The position numbers and the translations under genes are program-made. 64,000 bases of DNA from a virus (lineage: Duplodnaviria > Caudoviricetes). Under the pieces are notes generated by a model, which saw nothing but the letters and a program-made list of their open reading frames with translations, did no database searches and had not been told where the DNA came from. The DNA is taken from positions 1-64,000 of the IMG/VR virus record IMGVR_UViG_3300050156_000193; one strand, given 5' to 3'. The stretch's first letter is position 1, and every line of letters begins with the position of its first letter. Of this stretch, positions 18,674 through 28,002 are shown piece by piece.

Positions 18674-20239
18674 TCAAAGTCCTTTTAAGTTGTTGAGAAG
18701 GGAAGCTTTGACAAGTTCTTGAACTGAAATCGCTTCTTGTGCAGATTTGACTAATACTATTTTAACAGGTGCTCTCTGATTATTCAAGGAATTTCTAGAA
18801 GCCAGTAAAGCTTGCTGTTCTTGCATCTTACTCTCTATCATCCGGGAGAGCAGCCACTTAGCAGCTACAGCAGCTCCTCCGATCATAAACAAAGTCTTTA
18901 ACAAGCCTGGAGACTGGGAATCATGAGTCTCCTTTAGGGATCTATACGCCAAACGGCTATCCGGAACAACCTGTGGGCCATTGCCGATAAACCCCATGTT
19001 ACCCCAAGGCATAGCATCTTCTGGATGAGGGAAGAGCACTGAAGGTGCAGCAAGTTGACCTCGACCTTCTTCCACCGATCTCTGCATAACCATTTCCGGG
19101 AACAGGGACGCTGATTTGACGAACGGGGTTAAAACATGGACCAATGAAAGCTTTGCTGCATTGACACTGGCAGAAGCTTCTTTCGCCATCATCATGTCAG
19201 GTACCGGGAGCTGTGAAGAGTCCTCTTGTAAAAGTCCTTGAACCAAATGCTCAATACCTTCTACGGATTGACCGGTCAGCTTCTGGCCTATATACTTGGC
19301 AAAAAACCCAACTGAGGGGGAGATACCTAACTCTGCCAGCGCATGGATAACGTGGTGAATATCAAACTGAACCAATAGGTCTAAAACGTCGTCTTTCGGG
19401 TCTTTTACCTTAGCTAAAATAGAGGATAGAGTAGGAGAAGAGGACACGATAGACCCTTCCACCTCTTTCACCAGTTCGCTGAGCTTCTTCATCTCCGCAG
19501 CCTTTTCCTGAAGGCCTTGTAGGAATGCAGACTCAGCAGAGCCTAAGAGCCCACCATGCATAAAAGCTTGGTCACTGGCAACCTTTTGTAGAACGCTGCT
19601 TGTGACATCTGCGGGGCGAAACACTATGGACATATCGAAGAAGCGCAACGGCCCGTCATTAATGGCCATCGTCTTCTTTCCGTCAGCGTGGATCTTACCT
19701 AGTTCATCCCGGAGGTGGACGCAATACTCTCCTCGGGACCTGGCTTGGTTTCCACAGATCGAACAGGTGTCATAGGGGGTATGACAGGCCATAGAGGTTG
19801 AGGGAAACTCCCCCCGCTCAATCTTTTCGACAACGTCAGCACCCTTCTTCTTATCAATCCAGGCGATAATTTCGACCCGATGCATTCTGTCATTGTAGAT
19901 AGAGAAGATTACCTGCCCAATTGCAATCTCAGGATTCTTATTAATGTGATGCTTGAAGATGTGAGCGGGAGAGGTGGCAAAGCTCTCATGATAAATCTTG
20001 AGGTTTTCCTCGGGGAAATAGTCTGCATTACGGTTAGCTCCGTAGTATTCACCTGCACCCATCGCCAGGATATGTACGTAGATCTTGGAAGGATCTGGAC
20101 TGATCTTTTCAGCGTACTGAGATATTCTGGAATCTGCGGCAGCAGACTTTACCATACCCTTGGCGTGATCGAAGTCTATGATCTGAATTACCGGCTCTTC
20201 GTGGAAGAAGGTTGGGTCGATATCAATGAGTTTTAACAT
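18674..20239 (-). CDS. Putative prohead (capsid maturation) protease with Zn-finger
   Basis: GANRNADYF, FKHH, TSMACH..YD.CSICGN...YCVH, FFDMSIVFRPAD; position upstream of the scaffold gene. Confidence 0.65.
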   Translation of the reverse strand: MLKLIDIDPTFFHEEPVIQIIDFDHAKGMVKSAAADSRISQYAEKISPDPSKIYVHILAMGAGEYYGANRNADYFPEENLKIYHESFATSPAHIFKHHINKNPEIAIGQVIFSIYNDRMHRVEIIAWIDKKKGADVVEKIERGEFPSTSMACHTPYDTCSICGNQARSRGEYCVHLRDELGKIHADGKKTMAINDGPLRFFDMSIVFRPADVTSSVLQKVASDQAFMHGGLLGSAESAFLQGLQEKAAEMKKLSELVKEVEGSIVSSSPTLSSILAKVKDPKDDVLDLLVQFDIHHVIHALAELGISPSVGFFAKYIGQKLTGQSVEGIEHLVQGLLQEDSSQLPVPDMMMAKEASASVNAAKLSLVHVLTPFVKSASLFPEMVMQRSVEEGRGQLAAPSVLFPHPEDAMPWGNMGFIGNGPQVVPDSRLAYRSLKETHDSQSPGLLKTLFMIGGAAVAAKWLLSRMIESKMQEQQALLASRNSLNNQRAPVKIVLVKSAQEAISVQELVKASLLNNLKGL

Positions 20240-20265
20240 AAGAGCCGGGGAGGAGTCGGTGTTAT

Positions 20266-20592
20266 TTACTTCTTTTTCGGAGTAACTACAGCAGTAGATT
20301 GTGGAGCTACTGGTAGTTTCTTTAACGAGTTATGAATAGAGTTCAAAGCCTTAAGAGACTTTTGTTGAAGCTCTAACTGACTCATATTAGCGTCGTTTCT
20401 AGCCTTGTTTGTCCGGTAATTGGACACCCCTAGGGCAAAAGAAGTCGCACCCATTCCTAGGCCAACCTTAGAATGAAAGGGGGTCAATCTGATTCCCGTA
20501 GCAACAGATTGGCCTGCTTCCCCGAGCTTCTTGGCCGTAACTCCTCCCGCCTTACTAGCGTTGGATATGACCTTTTTCAGTATAGGGTTCAA
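20266..20592 (-). CDS. Small putative virion protein
   Basis: TTG start with GGAGGAG RBS; Gly-rich hydrophobic helix. Confidence 0.6.
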   Translation of the reverse strand: MNPILKKVISNASKAGGVTAKKLGEAGQSVATGIRLTPFHSKVGLGMGATSFALGVSNYRTNKARNDANMSQLELQQKSLKALNSIHNSLKKLPVAPQSTAVVTPKKK

Positions 20593-20604
20593 AGCTCCTC
20601 CTGT

Positions 20605-21117
20605 TTAAACGTAAGACTTCGGAGAGAACATAGAGTTCTTGCGAGAATCAATCACTCGGCTTTCCAGCTCAGCTAGAGTCTTTACCGTCATAGGATCGAT
20701 ACCTTCCCCATGCACTGCATTGGCTAGGATAGAGCTGAGCAGATTAGGATCTGCTGCAACGTGAGGTGCAAACTTAAAAATGGTTTCCCCGTAGGAGCGA
20801 ATCTTTGCAGAGTCAGCTTGACCTAGTAAAGGGTTGGTAGAAGTGACATGGCGGAGAGCTTCTTCGTACTTTGCACGAAGATTAGCAGTTCCAGCTGCAT
20901 TGAGAGCTGAGGAGACTCCGTGAATTCCCAGGCCTAAAGCTAGACCGGTAACTCCGGTGGCAACAGCTTTGCCTGCATGACCAATTAGAAACTCCCCGAG
21001 GCCTGTAAGATTGACAGCCTCTTTCACAAAGCCCTCTACAAATTCTTGGGCTAAGTTACCATCCCCTGCAAATTTTTCCAGGCCGATTTCGTAGATTTCT
21101 TGAGTAGTTTGATCCAT
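20605..21117 (-). CDS. Putative virion protein (start revised to ATG 21117)
   Basis: MDQTTQEIYEIGLEKFAG...VKEAV; Gly-zipper helix. Confidence 0.6.
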   Translation of the reverse strand: MDQTTQEIYEIGLEKFAGDGNLAQEFVEGFVKEAVNLTGLGEFLIGHAGKAVATGVTGLALGLGIHGVSSALNAAGTANLRAKYEEALRHVTSTNPLLGQADSAKIRSYGETIFKFAPHVAADPNLLSSILANAVHGEGIDPMTVKTLAELESRVIDSRKNSMFSPKSYV

Positions 21118-21176
21118 GATATAGTATTTAGTATATAGGTGTGAGAGATATTTTGCAACCCTGGAGTAGATTAGGA

Positions 21177-22328
21177 TTAACCTTGAAGAGCTTCCCAAAC
21201 GCTGCCTGAGCGATCCTTTGCAGGGTCTACTTGGGGCTTAAACATAGAAGCGTCCATAGCCGCACCTCCCGCCGCCATGCCTGCTGCGGTAATGGATAGC
21301 GCCTTCTTTGAAGGAGTAATAGTGGGAATACCCAAGTCCTTACCCTTAGTGGTGTTTGCCGCCCAGTTTTGAATCTTAGCGCCGCCTACTTTAAGAGGAG
21401 CCTTTACTGCCCCAGCTAAACCTTTACCGATCATCTTAATACCGGACCCGGCCAACGAAGCAGTGCCTCCAATAGCTTTACCGACACCAGAGCCTATTCC
21501 CTTGGCGACAGTCCCGGCAAGGGCTCCTAAGAAAGCTTCTTTTTGCATTTCCTCAGCCTGCTTTTGCAGACCGGAACGCTTTTGAAGCTCAGCTTGAATT
21601 TCTTCTGCCAAGATCAACTTATCGGACAGCTCTTCTGCGGCCTTTAGGAATTCGGGTTTACGGAAAGATGCCGATTTCGTCATTTCTCCTACAAAGTCTA
21701 AGCTTTCCCTAGGGGTTCCATAAACCAGGCAGCTTACCTTCTTGAAATGAGCAGGGTCTAAAATTGCACAGGAGAGCTTCTCTAGGCCTAAAGGATCAGC
21801 CTTCACCTCAGAGGCAAGCTTGACCAATTGCTGAGCTAGAACTAGGCCTTCTGCTTGTAAGAACTCAACTCGACGCGCATTGGCGTGAGCTTCCTTAATG
21901 AAGAACGCTTGAAGGGCCTGCTTTTCCATAAGAGGGAAAGAGTACTGAAGAGAAGCTTCTGCTTCAACTTCCTGGGTTGCCAATGCGCCGGCTCGTTTTT
22001 CAGACCAAGTTTGATTAGACTCTTCCATAAGAGAGGCTGACTTTACTTGCTGAGGGACATCGAAGGCTTCTGGGATCGAAGCCATCTTGAGAATTTGACC
22101 ATACTCAGCCAGGGGGAATTCCGAAGTACGGTCCCCAGTAACCTCTATGCTTTTAAGGTAGGTTAGGGTATTGGTAGCTTCGACAGCTCTACGCAACTGC
22201 TCAGGGTTCAGGTCTTTCTCCGAAGCCATCTTGGCCAAACCTTGGTTCAAGGAAATGCCTGAGTTTAGAAAGTCGCTTGTGCATTTAACAGCGATTTCTT
22301 GGAGATCGGAAACAGAGATACTGGCCAT
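21177..22328 (-). CDS. Putative virion protein, very KxA-rich
   Basis: More than 10 KxA motifs; Gly/Ala-rich C-terminus. Confidence 0.65.
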   Translation of the reverse strand: MASISVSDLQEIAVKCTSDFLNSGISLNQGLAKMASEKDLNPEQLRRAVEATNTLTYLKSIEVTGDRTSEFPLAEYGQILKMASIPEAFDVPQQVKSASLMEESNQTWSEKRAGALATQEVEAEASLQYSFPLMEKQALQAFFIKEAHANARRVEFLQAEGLVLAQQLVKLASEVKADPLGLEKLSCAILDPAHFKKVSCLVYGTPRESLDFVGEMTKSASFRKPEFLKAAEELSDKLILAEEIQAELQKRSGLQKQAEEMQKEAFLGALAGTVAKGIGSGVGKAIGGTASLAGSGIKMIGKGLAGAVKAPLKVGGAKIQNWAANTTKGKDLGIPTITPSKKALSITAAGMAAGGAAMDASMFKPQVDPAKDRSGSVWEALQG

Positions 22329-22351
22329 GGTTTGATTTTAAGTTTGAAAGA

Positions 22352-22528
22352 TCAATTCTTGTTACGGATGAGCTTTTTAAGCTCATGTCCTACAGAATAC
22401 GCCCCTAGAAGCCCAGCCCCAGTAAGAGCAACGCCCTTTCCAAAACGAGATTTCCCCGAAGCAGTAGAAAGATAGTCTTTCAAGTGAGACTTACTAAATA
22501 ACGCGCTCCGCGCTTCATATGAGTTAAT
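22352..22528 (-). CDS. Small unannotated ORF (58 aa) with ATT start overlapping the upstream stop (TAATT)
   Basis: INSYEARSALFSKSHLKDYLSTASGKSRFGKGVALTGAGLLGAYSVGHELKKLIRNKN; fills the gap in the operon. Confidence 0.45.
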   Translation of the reverse strand: MNSYEARSALFSKSHLKDYLSTASGKSRFGKGVALTGAGLLGAYSVGHELKKLIRNKN

Positions 22529-23157
22529 TACAAGGCATCAAAGCCCTTGAATTCAGGATTGATTGACATGAGCGCCAGCTCGATGTCCTTTCTAGCAGCA
22601 TCAGAGTCCATAACCCAGGCCTTGAGAAGACGTGCCAAGTCCATACTAAGCTTTGTCCATTTCGTAGCCTCTTTACTCCCCTCAGAAGCATTGCCTGAGA
22701 ATAGAGCCTCTTTGCTCTTAAACACTGAAAGAGTGAATAGCTCTTGTAATCCCTCTACCGGATTTAGATTAATAGTCTTACCCAGCCTCCATGCAATGAA
22801 GTCCAAACCTTGGCTTAAAGCCCAGATCTTCATACCCCTGATACTCTCTGATTCCTCCTCTTCAATAAGCTCTAAGAAACTCAGCTTATCAAACTGAGAA
22901 ATATCGAAGAAGATACTTCGGTAATTGTCTAAGACTGGAACTGGGATTTCTATAATAGAGGCAATCTTAGCAAGGTCAGTGCTTGCAATCAAGCAAGCCT
23001 CGACATAACCTCGTTTAATATCGGATTTGAAAATACCCAGAGACTTTTGATAAAGCTCGGTAACTTGAGAGTCGCCCGCAAGGATAGAGTCTACTAAGGT
23101 ATCTTTACCAGTAGACTTGTTCTTGATTAGAACGTATCGGGCATACACTTCGGGCAC
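22528..23157 (-). CDS. Hypothetical helical protein (possibly terminase small subunit; weak)
   Basis: 209 aa ORF in the structural block; HTH-like N-terminal half followed by helices. Confidence 0.45.
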   Translation of the reverse strand: MPEVYARYVLIKNKSTGKDTLVDSILAGDSQVTELYQKSLGIFKSDIKRGYVEACLIASTDLAKIASIIEIPVPVLDNYRSIFFDISQFDKLSFLELIEEEESESIRGMKIWALSQGLDFIAWRLGKTINLNPVEGLQELFTLSVFKSKEALFSGNASEGSKEATKWTKLSMDLARLLKAWVMDSDAARKDIELALMSINPEFKGFDAL

Positions 23158-23233
23158 GGGAGGCTTTGCTGAATTAGAGGGGGGGCCTCTATGAGCAGAT
23201 CTTAAACGAGTTTATTCAACAGCTTAGCGGATG

Positions 23234-25150
23234 TCAACCGTTGGTCTGTCCAGAGACGGTTTTCGGATCATACCCCTTATTCATGATGACGGTAGTCTTC
23301 AGCTTGGAAACACAGTCTCCAAGCATTTTATACACGTTCTTGATTTGGGCGATAATAGCAAAAACCGATTCTGAATCCATACCTTTAGACATTTGGTCTA
23401 ACTTTACTCGAGTCAAGAAAAGGGTTCTACCCAGCTTGTCAACAGCCATGTCCAACTCAGGGAGGTACTCTTCAATATGCTCCCAGAGATCTGGTACTTG
23501 TAGGAGCTGGGCAATAACGGTAGCTTCTAGGACTTGACTGTCATTCAAACCAGCTGCATCTTGCAAGTTAGAGGCGAAGTTATTGCTTAGCGCACCATTA
23601 GGAGCAACCTTGTCAACTCTAGGAGCGACTGCACCATATTGAGGAATAGTGGCCGGGGCAAAGTCAGTACTGGCCGCTTCCGCAGACTTTGACAGGAAAA
23701 CCTTGAGAAGCTTGAACTCTTCAGCCTGCTTCAAGAAGCTACCTGCATCGGTCGGATCCAAGTGCTCCTCTTCCACCAGAACCTTCAATGCCGAGGGGAA
23801 TCCTCCAAGAGTCTTTCCGTTGGCAGAGAACTCGACGCCATCATGACGTAGATTGAGTTCAGCACCTAGGTATTGAGAGGCTACCAATTCCTTACCTAAA
23901 AGAGCATCATTAACGCTTCGCTCAACCTCGGAGTCAACAGATTGAGTCAAGGTAACAACGATGGCATTGTAGGGTACAAACAACGTGTCCCCAATAACAT
24001 CCACTTCTTTGGTATAGTTTCTGTAACCTGAAATCTTACCGATACGCTCTGCACAAACTTGGATATCAACACCTGATTGAGTCAGAGTTACAGAATTTGC
24101 AGTGAACGGGCCTAGGGCTTCTCCGGCTGAGGTGAACAGGATGAATTCTTCCCCCCGAGCCAAGTCTCGCAGAAGCTTTGGAGGGTTAACTTCAAAGATA
24201 TCAGTCAGGACCTTTTGAGTATCCAAAGGATCTCCGTTGGTCACCAGGTTTCCTCTTGCGTAAGTCCCGTCCATGAATAGACTGACAATGCTTCTATTCC
24301 CAACCGGATTTAGTCGGTGGTATTTCGGGAGATATGCAGGCTTGCTCTGACCATTCTTGAATGCAATAGTGAAGTCCCTGCCCCCATCTGACATCGGGTT
24401 CACCTCTGTGAACTTGCCAGATTGATTGAAGGGTTGATAGGTGACTGCAATTCTCGAGAAGGGATTGGCCCCGGTAATGACATATCCGTCTTGTGCAAAG
24501 GCTGCAGACATGACAGCATCACCTAAGCTCTGAACAGCACGAGGAGAGGTGATAACCGAAACGTCGTTAACTCGATTGATAACCGGCCCAGTTGCACCTG
24601 AGTTAATAGGCTTTCCCTGAGCTTGGGCGTTCAGGACCGAGAAGATAGCCTTGAGGCCAAACATCTTGTCAAGCTTGGAGTATAGGCTTTGTTCAGCAGC
24701 AATCTTCTCAAAGGTAAACTGCTTTACCGCTTCCGGCAGGATAGACAGGAACTCCGTCAGTCTACTGGTGGATGCATAGACAAACTTCCCAGTTCGAGGA
24801 GGATTAATCATTGCCGACACATCGGGGTTTGTCGGAACGGTATCTGGGATCTTCTTCGACTTACCCGCAGTGGCAGAGACTGATGAGACGATCTGAGAGA
24901 TCGTAGCATTCGTCAGAGGTCTAAACTGAGCCTCTGTTTCAAAAAAAGCAGAGTCAACAGGGAAGACCGTGTCCCCCTTGGCCACTACTGGGATGTACAC
25001 AATTCCTAACCCAGCTCTTAGGATAAAGATACCCGCCTTTACCCCATCTTCTCCTAGGTCTTGAGTAATCTCTGAAAAGTTCAGAATCAGAGGTCCAAGT
25101 TCCGGAGCAGTCTGAAGAAACTTAGCTAGAGCAATGTCGGAAAATTCCAT
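23234..25150 (-). CDS. Large putative virion structural protein
   Basis: 638 aa ORF in the head module with KxA motifs. Confidence 0.6.
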   Translation of the reverse strand: MEFSDIALAKFLQTAPELGPLILNFSEITQDLGEDGVKAGIFILRAGLGIVYIPVVAKGDTVFPVDSAFFETEAQFRPLTNATISQIVSSVSATAGKSKKIPDTVPTNPDVSAMINPPRTGKFVYASTSRLTEFLSILPEAVKQFTFEKIAAEQSLYSKLDKMFGLKAIFSVLNAQAQGKPINSGATGPVINRVNDVSVITSPRAVQSLGDAVMSAAFAQDGYVITGANPFSRIAVTYQPFNQSGKFTEVNPMSDGGRDFTIAFKNGQSKPAYLPKYHRLNPVGNRSIVSLFMDGTYARGNLVTNGDPLDTQKVLTDIFEVNPPKLLRDLARGEEFILFTSAGEALGPFTANSVTLTQSGVDIQVCAERIGKISGYRNYTKEVDVIGDTLFVPYNAIVVTLTQSVDSEVERSVNDALLGKELVASQYLGAELNLRHDGVEFSANGKTLGGFPSALKVLVEEEHLDPTDAGSFLKQAEEFKLLKVFLSKSAEAASTDFAPATIPQYGAVAPRVDKVAPNGALSNNFASNLQDAAGLNDSQVLEATVIAQLLQVPDLWEHIEEYLPELDMAVDKLGRTLFLTRVKLDQMSKGMDSESVFAIIAQIKNVYKMLGDCVSKLKTTVIMNKGYDPKTVSGQTNG

Positions 25151-25219
25151 GATGAGATTATAGAGGATTAGGAAATAAGAATCTATCCTATTTTAGATAG
25201 AAAGCCTAAAATGCTGCGT

Positions 25220-26023
25220 TTAACAGCAGCAGCCAGGGGCAGAGACTTTGCCCAGGCCAGGGTCAGGATTGCTTGGTCCGGAAGAAGACGCTACTTGAAT
25301 AGTAGAGTCTCGGATTGCAGGAGAGCTTCCATTTGCAGTTTTGTAAATAGCACCCCCTACTATGCTTGAGGCATAGGCCTCAGGAGTCATGCCGTTTCTA
25401 TCTGACTTACCCAACCCTAGATAGGCGGCAATAGCTGCTGTGATTTTCGAAGGAAAGGCTCGGTTATAAGAGTCTCCATTCACCCGGTACGCACCATTTT
25501 TGAAAGATACTGCTCGATACTTTCCTTCGAGGATAACCAAACCTGCCAAGATTGCCTTGTGCATGTTTGCCTCTCCTAAGACATGACCTAGAAGATCTTG
25601 ACCTGGTGCAACACAGAGCTGAGGTGCAAGGTCTGGTCTCAGTCTTTCAATCTCACAGCTCCCGGAGGGAGATCCTCCTTTGATGAAGTTCCAACCCATC
25701 ACCTGCATTAACCCCACCCCATATAGCCCTTTATTGACGTTATCAATCGCAGTAGCGCTTCCAGAGGAGAAGATGCTTTTGATTGCAGAGCTATTCAGGA
25801 AATGAAACCCTCCAGTCCCAGGAGTTGAAGCTACCTTAGGACCTATGGCGTTGGCGTTATGAGTACTCTCTAATCGGATTTGTGCATTGATGATATTTAC
25901 AATATCCTGCTCCTGACCCAGAGTGCCAGCAAAGTAAGTCTCTACGTGAGACTTAATGATATCCTTGACTTTAGGGATTCTAGAAGCGTCATACCCAATC
26001 TTAGGGGCAGTTCCGATAGTCAT
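25220..26023 (-). CDS. Lytic transglycosylase / lysozyme-fold protein (likely virion-associated)
   Basis: Catalytic LEST.N.NA and GLMQVMG motifs; coupled to the RNAP beta-prime C-terminal gene (TGATG). Confidence 0.7.
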   Translation of the reverse strand: MTIGTAPKIGYDASRIPKVKDIIKSHVETYFAGTLGQEQDIVNIINAQIRLESTHNANAIGPKVASTPGTGGFHFLNSSAIKSIFSSGSATAIDNVNKGLYGVGLMQVMGWNFIKGGSPSGSCEIERLRPDLAPQLCVAPGQDLLGHVLGEANMHKAILAGLVILEGKYRAVSFKNGAYRVNGDSYNRAFPSKITAAIAAYLGLGKSDRNGMTPEAYASSIVGGAIYKTANGSSPAIRDSTIQVASSSGPSNPDPGLGKVSAPGCCC

Positions 26024-27849
26024 CAGTACTTTCCTTCTTGACCTTCTCCAAACTCATTACCAAACATGTAGCTGGTAATAGGGTCTGTGCTATGAACATG
26101 GCTCTCTGAGTGAGTTGCAGCACTCTCTTTCAAGGAATCGCGCAGGCGCGAAAAGCTAAGTTTCGAAACCCAGTCTTTATCTAGCATCTTGGCAGTCTGC
26201 AGCCCGGGAACGATAGGCTTAACCTTAAGTCCTGTAGACGAGATCGGCACCATTTTAACCCCCAAGTCCTTTAGATCTTGAATATGGTTCCCATCTAAGA
26301 GCGTACCTGGGACCAGAGCCCCCACCCCCTTGGACAAAATGCTGCCCTCTGCATGATTGACCCCAACTTCCTTGGAGCCTTTATCTAGGTATTTACGGAT
26401 GGTATTGATCTCTACCTTATCCCCGGGAAGGAGCCCGGTTGCACCAGGGTGTTCGACTTCGACGTACTTGAGAAGATTCTTAGAGATGATTTCAAAATGC
26501 CTAGGGTCCAAACCTCCTCCATAGATATTACGGAGTTCGTTTGATATATACTCTCGCCCTGCACCAATGCCTCGAATACTCACTAGCTTTCTAGGATTTA
26601 CTGTTCCAGTAGATAACTGATCCCCCATTCTAATAGTATCACCAGGTTTTACGGAGACCCTTTGCTCGATAGGGACAAAGTGAGACTTTTCATTGATAAA
26701 AACCACAGAGTCTCCTAGCGGAGTTTTCTTAACATCGGTAACTTTACCGTTGATAGATGCAATAGTAGCTTCATCTTTGAAGTTATCAGATGGGTTATTC
26801 AGCAAGTTTGCAGCCTGCTCGTAAGCATTCCCCTTGCGCTCCCCCACGGTAGCCTTGTGCTTTGTACTCAGCATGCTTTGAGTCAGGACTTCAGACACTG
26901 ACTGTGCTGCAATAACTCCTACGTTGGTTCCGATTTCAGGTAGATGCCCGGAAGCCATTAGACCGAAGCAATGCTGACACACCCCTTCTTTTGCCTCGCA
27001 AGTCATTGCGCTTCTGACTTTTAGCTTCTTCTTCCCTGCATGAGAAGCATCTCTGATAGCAGCTTCGTCTACCAAGTGATTAGTGTCGGCAGAGTATCGA
27101 CCAAGAAGACTCTTAGTATCGGTTACGTCTACGAAAATACCATTATGAGTCCCGCAATCTTGAACGGTAATAACTTCATGGAATACCGTAGGGGAAAGCT
27201 TTTTGAACAAAGCTCCGGGCAAGGCAGTACTCAGTTGGCTCATCACAGTAGATCCTCGACCCATGTAGCTAAGAGCTATGTGTTCCGCAGGGCGCATGCC
27301 TTCCGCAAAACTCCGCTCAATCACTACTGGAATTAGCTCCCCCTTAACGTTCAAAGACATTAGGGGGGTAGAGGTTCCACTAGCCAACTGGGCAGGGTTT
27401 CCTCGGGCACCGGTCTTTGCCATCTTGGCAGCAGTAGAGTTCTTTGATAGGAGGTAATCTAGGTTCTGTTTTTCGATCTTCTTGTTATAGCCCCCGGTAA
27501 GCTCTGCCAGTTCTTGGTTCTTAACGGGCTTAGTTCTATCTGACATCATGATACGTTGTACCTTGGTGTCGTATTCCCTGATAATGGCTTGGCGCTCATC
27601 ACTATCATTGATATAGTCAGATAGGGGGGTAGACGCCCCAATCTCAGTTGCAGTATTGAAGAATAGACGCCCTAAGTCATTGATATGGTGAACCGCATTT
27701 GGGCCACCGTTTTTCAATAGGTTGTTGACCACCTTAGAGACGCCTGCTTTGTCCAAAGGGTTGTGGATATCAAAAGCTTTCTTAGAAGCTTCTGTAGGCA
27801 TTGAATGCTTTAGAAGTAGGGCGCCTGCAGTAGTAATCTTATCGGACAT
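26023..27849 (-). CDS. rpoC: Phage multisubunit RNA polymerase, beta-prime C-terminal part
   Basis: GARGN, SFAEG, DCGT, VRS..TC...GVC..CFG, VGVIAAQSVSE.LTQ, HFEII..NLL. Confidence 0.9.
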   Translation of the reverse strand: MSDKITTAGALLLKHSMPTEASKKAFDIHNPLDKAGVSKVVNNLLKNGGPNAVHHINDLGRLFFNTATEIGASTPLSDYINDSDERQAIIREYDTKVQRIMMSDRTKPVKNQELAELTGGYNKKIEKQNLDYLLSKNSTAAKMAKTGARGNPAQLASGTSTPLMSLNVKGELIPVVIERSFAEGMRPAEHIALSYMGRGSTVMSQLSTALPGALFKKLSPTVFHEVITVQDCGTHNGIFVDVTDTKSLLGRYSADTNHLVDEAAIRDASHAGKKKLKVRSAMTCEAKEGVCQHCFGLMASGHLPEIGTNVGVIAAQSVSEVLTQSMLSTKHKATVGERKGNAYEQAANLLNNPSDNFKDEATIASINGKVTDVKKTPLGDSVVFINEKSHFVPIEQRVSVKPGDTIRMGDQLSTGTVNPRKLVSIRGIGAGREYISNELRNIYGGGLDPRHFEIISKNLLKYVEVEHPGATGLLPGDKVEINTIRKYLDKGSKEVGVNHAEGSILSKGVGALVPGTLLDGNHIQDLKDLGVKMVPISSTGLKVKPIVPGLQTAKMLDKDWVSKLSFSRLRDSLKESAATHSESHVHSTDPITSYMFGNEFGEGQEGKY

Positions 27850-27941
27850 GGGTCTATTTTATCCGATTTAGAAGAATGCGTCTACTTGATAAAGCAGCTA
27901 CCTAAGGTTGGTAACGGTTTGCTTTCAGCCCTAGTTGTAAA

Positions 27942-27976
27942 TTCCCAAATCTGCCGTTTCTTGGTATAAGAATAGT
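27942..27976 (+). promoter_or_regulatory. Early-type promoter motif, copy 4
   Basis: TAGTTGTAAA-TTCCCA-N17-TATAAGAATAGT. Confidence 0.7.
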
Positions 27977-28002
27977 ACCGAAACCTAGTTCATAGACCGA
28001 AA

